64,000 nucleotides of DNA from Haplodiscus bocki (taxonomy: Eukaryota). Both the position numbers and the translations under genes were made by a program. This document shows positions 38,081 to 51,899 of this stretch, piece after piece. The notes under the pieces are model-generated. The model had not been told where the DNA came from, ran no database searches, and worked only from the letters and a program-made list of their open reading frames with translations. Position 1 is the stretch's first letter. Each line of letters begins with the position of its first letter. The stretch lies in contig OZ296651.1 in NCBI GenBank assembly GCA_965655095.1, forward strand, positions 112,220,001 to 112,284,000, written 5' to 3'.

Positions 38081-40269
38081 GCTGAGTCCACCTCAGAAAA
38101 GTCAATGAATTCTAACACAAAGTTTTCCGAGGTGTTGCCGAAAGACAATGAATTCGAAAAGAGATCAAACGTCTTACAAAACTAAAACAAGCCAAGAACG
38201 GCCGGAGTTGGCACCACCCGTAAAACTTTGTGGTGCCACTTGTTATATAGGGGGAGCACTTATTATTTTGAAGTTTCATTTTTTTTCGATATAACTCTGT
38301 GTACACAGAATGTATCATAATCACTAGTTTTTGCGCAGCATTTTTGGGGTGGATATTTTAGCGCGTTGCCTGACTGAGAGCTTAATTGAGTTCATATATT
38401 CTACTTTCAAAATGCTAAAACATCAAAAGATTGAAAAAATGTTTCAAAAATGTTATCTTTTTGTCGCATATAATCAGCTTTAGCCTTATTGACCTCAGGC
38501 AAACAACATGAGTAGTGTAGTTGTGGGAGAAGCAACCCACTCATCGTTCATCTGAAAAAGACGACAAGACTAGAACAGAGATCATACTCCAAACTACTGA
38601 ACAGGAACAACATATACATATGAATACAACGTACAAGTTTTACTTGTATATTACAACAGACAATATTTACAAAAAGTTGACTACAATTCTATGCACTCTT
38701 GCTTGTACAACAATTGTAGTGTAGTTGAGTTTTGCTGTATCTTCTAGTCTTGCCGTTTTTAAAGTGAAGGATAAGTGGGTTATCTCTGATTATTACACTA
38801 ATGGCATGACGACAAATTACTGTGATTGCTATAGTGATGGGAAAGGGTTACTTATACGAACCTGTCAGATATGTAGTACATGTGACTGTGACTGCTGTTT
38901 GAAATATTACAGCGTTTCGTTAAACCGGAGTTTGTGATTTTGTAAGATCTCTTTTAAAGAAAGATGTCGTTCAGAACATAATAGGTAAGAAAGTCACATT
39001 CAAATCAGAAGAGAAACCAAAAGCGTGATGATGATGCTTAGATGGATTCACATGTCGAGGAAAATATATTAGGACATGGAGTTGCACAATATGACACCAT
39101 TGAGTGGAGGAAACTGCGCATGCTAAATGTCTTGTACCTAACCATGTTTTTATGAGTAGAAGAATGGATAGTAACGTTTTTTATGAATACTACTAATTAG
39201 CTTATTGCGTGTAGTAGACAACATTTTTTCTTTTTTTTTAGTGACAAGGAACAGGAATATCCAATCCGTCAATCTCTCTGAATAGGAATAAAAACTCAAC
39301 GGACTCTCACAAATGTCCACTCCTGGGAACAACACATGTCTGTTCATCTTCACTCATTTCAAAAAATCCTTCACAGATACATTGAAGACCACACTTGCAA
39401 AAAGAGCATGAATTTTAATTCCCCAAACATATTACACAATTTCAATGAGTTTTTTAAGGAAATCATTCGCTCGAAGAAGAGACAGAATCCGCATTGGAGA
39501 TACAGACCCAAGACGCAAAATTTTGGGAACCAAAAAAATTTGAAAAACATTACAAAAACGCCCATAAATAAATTTTTTACTCTGGCTTTAGTTTTTACAT
39601 CGAGGATATTCTCACGTATATTTTGGCATTGTGCACATTTTCAAGCACACTTTCTACGTTTTCAAAATTTACACCTACATTTTTCGCATTCTTGACTATT
39701 TCAAACAAGATTTTTACTTTGAGTATATTTTCACGTACATTGTACATTATTCCCTTTCTGTACAGTTTCAAACACACTTTTTACGTTGTGCATGTTTGCG
39801 TAGCGAAAGAGTGGCTTTGCCGACTGTTTAACACATTGTGTATTTTTTTACAGAAAAATCCAACCACCGAAAAAATTGAAAGCAAAAATATATTTATAGC
39901 TGCTCTAATTTTGCCTCCTGTAGCCTAATGGTAATTTCATTGACTAAAGTTAAGGCTTTAACCGGAATGTTTGTGGTCCATTCCTAAAGCATTTCATAGA
40001 GCTGCTTAACGTCCCACTGTCTTTAACGTACGCGCTTGCTGATAGGACGAAATTTGAATCAACCTTGTTGAAAGAATTGATTTGATAAAGGGGGCATTTC
40101 AATAGGAATGTTTGGTTGGAGACACTTGAAAGAGTGGAATTATACTAGTTGGTCAGTGAAATTTCTGGAAAAAAATATTGGAAAAAAATAATACAAACTA
40201 AAAGACGACAACATTTGAAATTTATGCTGGTGATTCTTTTATTTCAGATTTGCTGAAGCCAAACCAAAT

Positions 40270-40860
40270 ACTAAATTTTGTATTGTGTGTAATCGACGTT
40301 TTAAAAGAACTGCTTATTACAAACATATAAAATCAAATATATACTCAACTACGTTAGAAAAAACATTTCAGTTAGTTTTCCCTGTTATAAATGATTGAGA
40401 TGTCGTGAAGAACTGCAAATATGAAAGAGTGTGATGTGAGTAATAAAAATATAAAAGAAAATATGATGAAAAACATTTAATAACCCAAACATGTGAAAAC
40501 AAAATAGGACAAATAAGAAAAGTCCCATGTAGTCTTTGTGAGAATACTCTTTTCCTTATGGCATATGAAAAACATTTGCAATCGGATGAACAGTTAGGTA
40601 AAACACGACAAAAAAATTGATATGATATATAATACAAATATTTAAGGACAGACGTCACAACCATAACAGTCAAATTGTTAAATGCGATACTTGCAATGAG
40701 TATCATCATTTTCTTGAAAAAAGAACATGAAAAAACAAGAAGCAATCGTAATAATGTAAGAAAAATCACTTCACGAAACTACTATCGTTGTGATATTTGT
40801 TATATTTTTGTTAAGCAAGAAGTAGTGAGAAACATATTAAAGGCATTGGCCATAAAAATT
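40270..40860 (+). pseudogene. Tandem C2H2-type zinc fingers upstream of pPolB
   Basis: CIVCNRRFKRTAYYKHIKS, CSLCENTLFLMAYEKHLQS, CDIC...KHIKGIGH; frames broken. Confidence 0.6.
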
Positions 40861-40949
40861 CAATTCCAAACTTGTAAATAAAATTCGAATTGAAAATTTA
40901 AAAGAGGGTAGAAACAACTAGAAACAACAACGAATCGTCTCACCCTTAC

Positions 40950-42290
40950 CGATGATCAACAATATTATTAAGATTCTCAATTAAAAGATGCTGGTCGTTT
41001 ATACGGTAGTGCTATTGTTCGAAAAACAGGTTTTGAAAGATCTACTGAAGCTGATTTTGATCCACAAGTTAAAAAAACTGTGACACTAATGCATTTCTAA
41101 TGAAAAAACATAATTTTAGAGACCTTTTTTCCTTCTATGCAAAGTTTGAACGTAATTTTTTGATGCACAAGAATCTTTCCCAACTTTAAATGTGAATGAT
41201 GTTCGCATAAACCTAAGACAAAAACAATTATCAACTCGAAAGTGCATAAACATTATATATTTGCAACCTGAATAGTTAGGAAAAGGGTCCGGTTGGAGGT
41301 AATTAAGACTATAAAGTATGGATGTCACACAATCTAAATTAGGCATTTTAGGAGGCACGAGTTATGTAGAACTTCCTATAAACCATAGGTCAGCTATGAA
41401 CGTAAGAGATACAAAAAACAATTATTGTTCTATTTGGTGTAATTCAAATCGTTTACATCCTGCAAAAGCAAATGTTTCTTTAAAAAGAAGCTATGTAAAA
41501 CAATTTAGCACCATAAACATAAATGGTAAAAACTGGACAATGGACTATAAATCAAAGCCATCCCCATATTAGAAAAATTGAAAGAAATATCAACACACGC
41601 CTTTGACATAGATGACGAGGAATTACAGCTTGCATGCGGCTTGGCTTCTTACTATTATACAAATCAAAAAGCAAAACCAATTTTCTGAGGAGAAAATTGT
41701 AGGTTTGTTTCCATATAGAAATCGTTATTGTTCAAGTAAAAAATCACAAACTTTCATTGGATGAAAAACAGAGAAGAAAATTTTTTTCTGTACTTTTTCA
41801 ACAGATGATGTAAAATCAATCGCCATAAAAGATGTTTAGAACAATAACCTCGTTTATTGAATTTTCAAATAGAAGTTTCCTTTGCATTTAAGAACTTCAA
41901 TAAAAAACACCACAATACTTTGTCGGTATTGCTGATTTCCAATGTATGAGCAAAATACCTTCTAACACAAATACTAGTAAAATAAACAACAGTTTTCTAT
42001 GAACTAATTGCTTTTAGCTGGAGTTTGACAATAGTTTTTTGAGTAAAAAATCTTTTGAAAAATAGTTAACAACGATACTTAGGTACTTAGGCCCATTTAA
42101 TGTGACAGAATTTGTAGAGACTATATTACCTTTAGGATAAAGAATGAGAGTGAGTTTCATAAAAAATTTGAAAAGAACAATATCGAAAAAAGTGAAGAAA
42201 AATTTGGAAACGCAGAAACATGAATTGTGTTGGATGTGCGAACAACCGTTTTTACTCAGAGCCAAAAATAGAACAAAACAAAGTGAAAAG
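40950..42290 (+). pseudogene. pPolB N-terminal region of Polinton 2, truncated
   Basis: 'GSGW', 'GTSYVELP', 'NNYCSIWC..RLHP' (41318-41572) and 'CWMCEQPF' are typical of Polinton pPolB N-terminal regions. Confidence 0.75.
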
Positions 42291-43246
42291 TGTTCCAGAT
42301 TGGGGGAAATCTAAAGTTATTTCCTTGTCAAAACTTCGAACTAATTCAAGTCTACAAACAGCATATGATACTGGCAGTGAACCAAATGTAGAGCTATCAT
42401 TGATTTGTGAAAGATTGTTATCAAAAGGCATGATTCCCTCATTACCCCAAGACAGTACGTTTTCCAGCTTGCAATTCCTAATTCAAAAATACATTTACCA
42501 GTCATCTTATTATATTGTGAAGAGCAATACAATTTTCAGAATACAATTCCCTCTATATTTCTGTTAACATTTGATTTGCAACTAAGTGGTGATTATCAAG
42601 ATTGGCGTACTTTTCTCAACAAACTTTGGAATATCTCTGAAAACAAGTTTTGCTTGTGCGACTGCCCTTCTTTTACAATTACATTGCTTGAATTAGTACG
42701 TTTTAAAGCAAGATTAAATCCTAGTCCACATTTAGTTTCATCTTGATCTGCAAGGCCAAAATTATCAAATAAACGTTTTCTGTTAAGAAAAACTCTCTTG
42801 AAAATTCTTGTCGTAGTTTGCTCTCTCAGTTTTTCTCCTTCCTCGATCGCTGTGGAAACCGTAATATAATTCATTTGTTCCAGCACGTGATCCTGAAAGT
42901 TTATACACTAATGAAACTGTATGGAAAATTTCGTTCATCTTCACATGTTTCATGTTTGTTACAATTTGTAGTAAATTTTGCTTTGCTAAAAAGAGCAATA
43001 GGACCAAGATCTACTGAAACATTGGCAACACCATTCTCATATCGAACACCATTAACATAAAATTGTCTCTCATATGGAACAGAATAACTATATGGCAATG
43101 AACTACAACTATCTATCACCTGGTAAATGTTTTTATGTGTTATCAATGACTTTATTTACTGCTTCTATTGTTCGAGAAGAATATCTATAAAACTTTGATT
43201 TGTAAAGTTCTTTGGATAAGGCTTTAGTGTTTTTTATATTGAACAT
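42290..43246 (-). pseudogene. Major capsid protein (double jelly-roll) of Polinton 2, 3'-truncated
   Basis: 'MFNIK...FYRYS', 'VDLGPIALFSKAKFTT', 'FGLADQDETKCGLGFNLALKR' match the invertebrate Polinton MCP pattern from memory. Confidence 0.7.
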
Positions 43247-43429
43247 TGTTCTTATGTACATGAAAAATATTATTGCAACAAATAAATCCAACTAAAAGAA
43301 ATATTGTTTTCGGGTTTTTAACGTAATCGCAAGCTCATTTGAAGAGTAATCTTTGCCGCACGAACAATGTGCGACCAGTGTTGTTTCATTGAATATACAT
43401 ATCAGTGAATTTTTTTATATATTTATGAT

Positions 43430-43865
43430 CAATTTTATTTTATTTCAAACTTTTTGACACATTCTTGTGAGACTTTCAACGGTGTTAATTGGAAGTGAAT
43501 ACTTTTGTGAATAATATTTCTCACCCTTTAATACAAATCACCTGCTAAGTTGGTAGTAATTGCAACACCACAACCAACACGTGCTTTTATTGGTTTCATA
43601 TTTATTCTAAAACCAGTTATACTCAGTGTAATTGAACTGCCTGTTGATACAATAGTAATTTCGGAATCAATTGTACTTAAAACTTTATTGAATTTTTTGA
43701 CTTCCTTATTTTTTTATTCATCAACTCTTTCTTTATACGTTTTTGAAAGTAGATCCATGTTGTTTCAAGAATTATTGGAAATATTAACTTCTTTTATCTT
43801 TTTTTCTCAATTCCTTACCAATTTTTTAATCAGTTATTCAGATATTAGGGTGGGGTTTCCCCATT
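43430..43865 (-). pseudogene. Polinton coiled-coil plus transmembrane protein remnant
   Basis: Lysine-rich helix followed by 'STGSSITLSITGF...VGCGVAIT'. Confidence 0.5.
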
Positions 43866-46800
43866 TAGTTTTCTAGAACTTTGCATTTCTGGTCTTTCCA
43901 ATCTGTGTTTCATGTCAACCATATCTAATTTGTTTCCTGATTTTCTTTCATTATTTAATCCTCGTATAATTTTTTTCTAAGTCTTTCGTAAGACAACTCT
44001 GGCAAATAGTACATAATATTATTCAATATTATTTCTCTTCCATAGTTTTTCCAAAGTTAAACATCTTCAAAACACAAATATTCTTGAAAAAATCTATTTT
44101 TCTTGGGTAAATTAACAAAATATTTCAAATACTAACTGTACCAAACTTTTTCTGATACTTTGTTCATTAAAAAGCGTATGACTAGCAATCTCTTTTTCCT
44201 TCATTCGATCGTTCTATCACATTTCTACAATATGTTTTCATCGCAGTTACCTTTTTTGATTAACTGCTCTGTGAATGGTTGAAATCATCAACAACTTTCA
44301 TTTTATCCACTTCATAAGTGAGTTCAGATGTATTTCATTCAATTTTTTCCATTTTTTTGTCAGCTACTTTCTCATGGGATTCGTGCTTTTGTTTCAACTT
44401 TTCTTTTTATCATGGTTGTAACATTTCTTCACCATGACCATTCATATGCATTGTCATATTTTAATGCTTGTTTTTGATGAAGGTTTTTCCAATAGGGCTA
44501 TGGGAAATTTAGCCCCTTTTTATCATTTAGGCCTTTTAGTTGGTTTTCTCTACTTTCCTACAGCCATTTTTTATCATATTCGCCTAATTATATAAATATT
44601 AGTTTTTTAATACTCAATTTCGTAATCTCATCTCCCAATGTATCATAAAAATCTTCTTTGAATAGCTGGTAAGATTGCTAAAAAATCTTAACCTCTCTTA
44701 GCTTGTGTTAACTATGATTGGGATTTATAATTTTTTATTGTTGTACTGTTTCTTCTATTTTAAGTATATCATTGTGTGCAAGCTATATTGCTAAGCCCAT
44801 TTATCATAATCAATTTTTTCGCTATTCTTAAGAGTTTCCTTTAAATATTTGTCAACAATTTCATCGTTTTCATTTTTGGTAGTAGTACCTTTTTACAGGT
44901 TAGTTGAGCTGACTAAAGATGGTTGGGGTTTCCTCTTCTTCTACTCTTTTCTATTATTTGGGTTATCCATATTTTCAACATTTCTTTTTGTTTTAATTTT
45001 TGAATCAGGGCAACCTAAAACATTCCCATTTCTCTTTGTTTGGGTTTTTGAATAATAGATTTATTTTCCATAAATCATATCATTAAGTTTGTGTTTTATA
45101 ATCGTCATACAGAATTCGGTTCTTTACTTCTTGAATCAAAAAGTGAATCTGTAGAGAAAGTCTAGGACAATTTTTAGAAAATTTTTGAACGAATAAATTT
45201 TTGAAATAGACACCAGTTTTTTTGCGATCTACTTCGTGATTTGTAATTTATTTTGCAAGTAGGTTTGTATTATTTGCAACACTTTTTCAAAAATTGAGTT
45301 TTATTCGAAAAATTTAAAGAAGATGCTTATTTTTTTGTTATGATATATATATATTTGGCAGAAAAAAAGAAATTGGAGTTTTAACCAGAAATTTGAAGAT
45401 TTCAAGCCAAAAAAAGTTTGTCATAATAATATTAGTAGTGTTAAAGAAACGTGTTGAAAACAGTACAAGAAAAGTTAATTTTGGAATCTTTTCAGCACAT
45501 TGTAGTTAATCCAGCTAGGGTTTCTCACATTTTATCTGGAGATGATGTTGCAATTTTCATTAGATATGTTATCAAAAACTTTTGTTACCGTAAATCTTGT
45601 GACATTTATGTTAGGGAAGAAAATGGAAAAGCCATAAAAGTACTTGAAATCATTATGAAAATGTTAAAAATCACTTAGATGATTGCAAAAGAGTTTTCAC
45701 ATATTTTGCGAAGTAGGTAAAAAATATATTGCGTAAAAGAAAACCAGATGGACAATTTTTACAATTTTTACAATTTTTAACGAAAGATTATATGTGAAAA
45801 AGTAAAGAAAAAACTCTCCGGTTTCTATTTTGGGGAATAAAAAAAATCATGTTCCTCTATCAACTTTTTTAGTTTTAAAAAAACCGGCAACACACAAATG
45901 TTGGCAACGACGACGATTCCCCGAGAAACATCGTCATTTAAGTGGTGATTTGTGAGTACGCGAGGAAAAGCTCCAAAAAAAACTAGTATACCTTCAATCT
46001 TTCATCTACCTCCAACAAAATAATTCCAGAGAAATTCCCTTTCTATCAAATCAATTCTTTCAAACAGATTGACTCAGATTTCCTCCTAATAACAAGCGCA
46101 TACGTCAAAGACAGCGGGACGTTAGGCAGCTCTATGAACTGCTTTAGGAATGGACCGACAACCTTCCTTCTAAAGCCCTAAATTTGGTCAATGACATTAC
46201 CACTAGGTTATAGGAGACAAAATTGGAACGGTTTTAAATGTATATATGCTTTTAAAAAACTTTTAGTTTGCATTTTTGTGTCAAAAATCTACACAATGTT
46301 GGAAAAAGTCGGCAAAGCCTTCCGTTCGATACGGAGCATACAAAACGTAAAAAGTGTGTTTGAAATTGTATAGAATGCAGAAAATGTACGTGGAAACATA
46401 CTCAAAGCAAAAGACATGTTTGAGAATTTACAGAATGGGAAAAACAGATGTGAAAATACACACATAGAAAGTGTGTTTGAAAGCGTTTATCATGCGAAAC
46501 ATGTACTCAACGTAAAAGTCCTGTTCAAAAATGTGCAAATTGCAAAAGTATGTGTGAGAATTTACCCAACGTAAAAAAAGATTGGAAGACGAGGTCGCAA
46601 AAAAGATGGAATTATGGGCGTTTCTAAATGCTTTTTAATTATATTTGTGGCTCCTATTTTTTTGTTTATATTGCGGTTTTGTCTCTGCTGCTCGATTGAA
46701 AAAATCAGATTAGTTTCCAGGCAGCTTCATCTTCCTTTACTTCATCGTCACTTTGAACGTGAGCATGAATTTGTTCTTTTTCTTGTTTTGGAATTGAATC

Positions 46801-47599
46801 AACTTCTCGTTTGACATTAGGAAGTCAAATGAATCAAGAGTCCTATCTAAGGTTCTTAACATGTATGTTTCTTCAATTATTTTTTTGCGGTAAAATTTTA
46901 GTTGTGAATAAGGAAAGAACTGTTCCTGTCTCCATAAGCTACTGGATAGGCAATCATGTCATAACCTAGATTGAGACTATAGTTGAAAATTTTATGATCA
47001 GTTCTGAATGTGTAAATTCAATTTGTACGGAAGTAGACATGCTTCAGTATTTTAATGAGTAACGGAAAAAATGGCTTGATATTTAGGATTATCGCGTGAC
47101 CCAGCTACTTGTGCCAATGGCTTAAAACAACTTTTATTTTGAAACGTTTCTTTGGTTTGCAGTCTACACGTTCTTCACCTAACTTGAAAGACAGTGTAAA
47201 ATTAAAAAGATTCAAAATACAAGCATTTAGAATAAGCAATGAATTTCTGCAACCATGATTTTGCTGTATTATGTATGTCCCCAGTCAATAGGGACATTTT
47301 TAAATTGATATTGTAAAAAATCAGTTTTAAAAATTAGTAGATATGTTAATGAATGTTAAATTACTCACAAGGGTTTTCACGGCATTCTTATTTTCCTTCA
47401 AACTCCTCAAGTTGATCACATTGAGAAGTAGCGAACAGTGGAAATCTAATAAAACGAGTTCAAATCAACTAAACGAGATGTAAGTGGACAGTTAGAAACA
47501 ACACCCTATATTTTTTGTCTTCTCCTATTTTTTATAAGTTCATTCATTTGAAATGAAATGTCAATACTCGAGAATTTTGTTTTAGTTTTCCATACTTCC

Positions 47600-50500
47600 A
47601 GACTAAAACACAACATTTACTCAAAAATGGACATTTGATAACAGTACTCACGTCTCAAAAATAGCGATGACAGTAGAAAATAGAAATAGAGACGAACTGC
47701 CGTCAAAAGGAATTTTACCACCAGAAAAGAGATGGCCACCCAACCATAAATGGAAACAGCCTTGCACCAGCTGACAGTCGAAATTTACAAGTACCAGGGC
47801 TGTCAATCAATGGTAAAGCCATCAATCACCACTCAAGATAACTCCACATTATCTGAGTTGCGAGGAGTTCGAAAATACTAACCGTTTTCCTCCCAATCCA
47901 GCAAAAGGTTGGAAAATTGATTTCCAAATCTCATGTGGGAACCAGTAAAGTACATGCTTCTACAAATCACGAAAAACACATCATTTTCTTATGGAAAGAT
48001 TCCATCATGCACATTTGATGTTGCATCTTCCACTTCAACCTACACAAAGAGATGCCTGCTTGATGGAATTTTTAACTTTTTATAGCTATGAACATGCAAT
48101 CAGACTATGTGATAAAAAATGAAGCTTCACTCTAGGTTTCATTACCTAATACATGAGCAATTGTTGCACCTCTGTAATAGTAAACCAGTATGAAAAACAT
48201 AAAATCGTAACAATACCTCCCAACTCTTATAAACGCAAATTTTTTCATATAGTGAAATCAAGGGTTTGTTGAAGATCTCCCGAAATACTGGCAATGCGTT
48301 TGGACGAAACTCAAACATCACGATAAGATAAATTGACGTCAACCAATGATGTTGAATCATTTTCCGCATGAATAACTTTAAGCATGAGAAAACTAACTAG
48401 ATTTGTATTACATTGCACTTCTCGTGATATCAAACGAGTGCATGAAACAACAAGGCCAAAACAAAAACACGTTTTCATTTTCGTGATTTCAGATGCCTGG
48501 TTTTTTCAATCGAAGGGACAATGAAGTGATCGTTCTACAACACGGTATATATTTTGAGACTTTTTAGTTCTGTTATTCATTCCATTAGTTTGAAGTTGGC
48601 ACTAGCCATATTGTCTGAAACAACAAAATTAACAGAGGTGTTCAACTTTTGTGACTGATGAATCACAGCGCAGAACAAAAAAAGCTATGCATGAAAACGC
48701 GTTGAATTTATCGCTGTCATCTGGTGATCATTTGTAGTTGTGAAGATCACTAATCAACTGAAAGGCCAGCGCTCGCTCATGTGATTGCCTTCACTGACAA
48801 CATGACCAATTACTGCGAGTAGTTAAACACATGCCAACCAGATGAGTTATAATACACAGCTAACATCATTTTTTTCAGACGTCTTCAACGCTACGTTTTC
48901 ACGTAGTTCTCAGAATGCAGTATCTTACACCTTGCTCATACCCTTTTGTAAGTGTATATTTTTCAATGCTTCACATTAGAAACTTGCGACTAGACTCTCA
49001 CAACTGAGAATTGAACCTTACCCTTGTTTCTCTAGTTTGACGAACCAAACAGCTGTTAGCACTGAAATTGACGTTATAGATTACAGTACGGAGACTAAAA
49101 GTTTACTCACAAAAACTCCTCACAGACTATATAATCAGGCTCCATAGAATTGATCCCGCATTTCAGTCACGTCTAGGGAGGTTGCTCGCCAGATTCAGGT
49201 TCTGGCTGACCCTGTAATGTGGTAACTGGTAACTATTCGCCTTTGCGATATAACTCAACATTTCATTGATGAGTAATCAGATCAATGTTCCATTCGAAAA
49301 GACCATCACCTTCAGAGCCAAGTGCTAATCATTAGGCAGTAGACACAGGTCTCACATTTTTAGTAATTTTGATATGACGGACCAATGCGCTATTTCTTCT
49401 GCTTTAACCTCACCTGTGAGAGGACAAGAAGACATAGACGAGAATTCAGGGTCAGTGATAATAAGCGGGTATCATAGTTTTTTTTTGCGTTTCCCGGTTT
49501 CTGCAAGAATAGTGTCACAATTTTTTTTTGTCTTTCTACTTCCTAAAAAATTTTGGCAACAGCTGAAGCGGTATCACCGATATATCTCGACGTTCGGGAA
49601 CTTTGGACGCTATGCCATAATTCATTCCATCAACACCATCACTTCAACCAACTTGATCAACAATATGAAACTGTAAAATCTGATCAATTCCAAGTAGGAG
49701 TTCACTGGAATTAACGCAACCAGCGTAAAAACTTGACCAATTTGACTTTTTCGAGACGCGGTAAACATTTTGATAACGTAGTAAACAAGGACTTTTTGTG
49801 TAGGCTGGGTCACACCATCTTTCGAAGTTTTTCAACGGAAGAAGCGTATAGGCGGCCAAAGAAATTGAACATTTTCCGTTATTCTGTGATAGAAAGCTAT
49901 TGCCAAGCAAATTTCCAAGACCGAATATATTGATTTCGGATCAAAAATAGGAAGTTATTTCACACCAACCTTTGCAGCAAACCAGGCAGGCAAAAAACCG
50001 ACCACATTCGGAAAGGCCGAAAATCAGATATCTTTGGGCCCTGGATCCTTTTGTAAGGAACAGATGGTAAAATATCAAAGGAAAGTTTTATCAAAATAGA
50101 ACATAAACTCCGCTGCAAACTCAAGTTTTCTCTGGAATTCCATAAATCAGTTCGGTTCTTTTATTTACCTTTCCGACAAGGATTGAGTTCCCACCCAACA
50201 ACAGTACATGGCCAGCCAAGATTCTTACACGGGTTCCAGGTTTTTAGTACTCAGAGACTTAGCTCGATAGTCTTTCATGTTAGCGATTGAGATCAATTCT
50301 CTCTCCATACTGGAATCCGAGGACGATTGTGAGATACCAAATTGCCGGAGAATCCAGGCGTATCATAATTTTTAGTGTTATAGGACGGGACTATCCGTCG
50401 GCTGCATATTTGAAAACGGAACTACTGACGGTTTCCAGTACGAAAAGTTTCCACGGAGACAACGGATGGATAGCATTGGAGCTGTGACCTTAAAACGGAA

Positions 50501-51500
50501 ACCGGGAGATCGCGGATTTTCCTCCAAGACATATGAGTAAGTTTTTCGGATGTTTTCCTCAGTCCCAAGAACGTTAAACTCACTCCTCAAAATTAGTCTT
50601 AGGTTTCTTGGCTGAAGTTGCCTGACAAAGTTTGGTCAGTTTCACCTAGAATTTTGGACTTTTCCGCTGTTGCTTTCTTTTTCAGGGTAATTTTTCTGTG
50701 AGAAGTCTTCCATTTGTTTAATTTGGGTTTGTTGCTACAGTTTTCTTGCTTCTATTCCTAATTCAGTACGTTCTGTATAGCGCAAACAGTTTTGGCTGTC
50801 TTTAGCCTGAATTTAATCATTTTCAAAATACGTTTTCGAACAAAATTTCTCCCGGTTGGCATCCTAATGCCCCTAATTTCTCTCCGTCAATGATATTTTA
50901 TCGAGAGCGTCTCCGCATTGCGTCCCTGGAGCCACAAAAACGAATACAATCCTTTGAGTTCCGATCATGACCCATGATTCCGCTAAAAAATCACGGATTT
51001 CTTAAACTTCCGGTAGGTGTGGTTCAAGAAAGGTAGTTACGCTATAGATAGGTAATGCAGGCGTCAGAAAAAAGTTCAATCACTCTCACCACTTGCCTTG
51101 GTGCAAAATTGAGAACTTGCTGCTCATTAGCGGAAACGCAAAACGATCAAAGAAGGAGCCAAAAAAGCAAATTACTACCGAAAATCTCTAAGAAAACCAA
51201 GATATTAAGGAAATGAAATTACTTAGAAAGTTCCTAGAATCAGGGATCTTTTTGTTTATTCCCATAAAAAATCCAAAAATACGCTGCAAAACTTCCTGAT
51301 AGATTCCTGGAGCGACAACTCTGGAAAAAATATTTGCCCCAAAGGCTAATGTTTCTGCATTTTGCCCAATTTTAACCAATGTTCTACAATTAGCATCAGA
51401 TTCGCGACGTTGTACCTGCTGTTTACGCTCGTTTTCAGGTTCTTCCATCCTTAAGAGCGGCCGCCGTACTGAGACTGGATCTATAACCGCCCCTCCTAAC
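47600..51500 (-). mobile_element. Decayed BEL/Pao retrotransposon
   Basis: Minus-strand remnants in BEL order: 'TVVGW' near 50190, RT-like 49550-49900, RNaseH-like near 48700. Approximate. Confidence 0.5.
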
Positions 51501-51899
51501 TCGTTAGCTTGGAAAAGCTATCAAAATTTTGCTTCCTAGCGCCTTTGAAAAAACAGACATGACAGGTCTGGAAGCAGAGAGAAGAAAAAATTGGAGCCAT
51601 TGTAGTATCAGAACAAACCATACTGACTGACCTGCACTCCCCATAAAAGTTTCAGCATGATCAATTCCTCTCCCGAAGAAGACTCGTAGAAAAACGTTCT
51701 CAATTTCAGCGAAGAAAAAATATCTGGGTTCAACTTTTTAAAATTGTTTTAGGCGTCCTCAGATTGGGTTTACCTTTTGCACCAAGGTCGGGTTTCAGTG
51801 ATTTTCGGGGCAATTTTTCAATTTCTTGGAAAGTCGCATTTTGGACTCTGATATGAGTTTTTTCATGGAAAATATGAATTATCACAGGACCATTGCCTC

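Larger units (their letters stand above)
39474..46692. mobile_element. Polinton/Maverick element 2, older and internally deleted
   Basis: Diverged inverted repeats about 39474-40150 / 45981-46692 (e.g. GGTCCATTCCTAAAGCA vs TGCTTTAGGAATGGACC); the right end reads AGCAGCAGAGAC on the minus strand (decayed AGTAGT); pPolB 5' and major capsid remnants inside. Confidence 0.82.

Noticed and set aside
38517-38911. Possible solo LTR (TG...CA on the minus strand)
   Set aside because: No matching TSD and no second copy in the window.
11507-46692. The two Polintons as complementary halves of one split or bipartite element
   Set aside because: Each has its own unrelated TIR pair, and they differ in decay level and gene orientation; the apparent complementarity follows from independent deletions.
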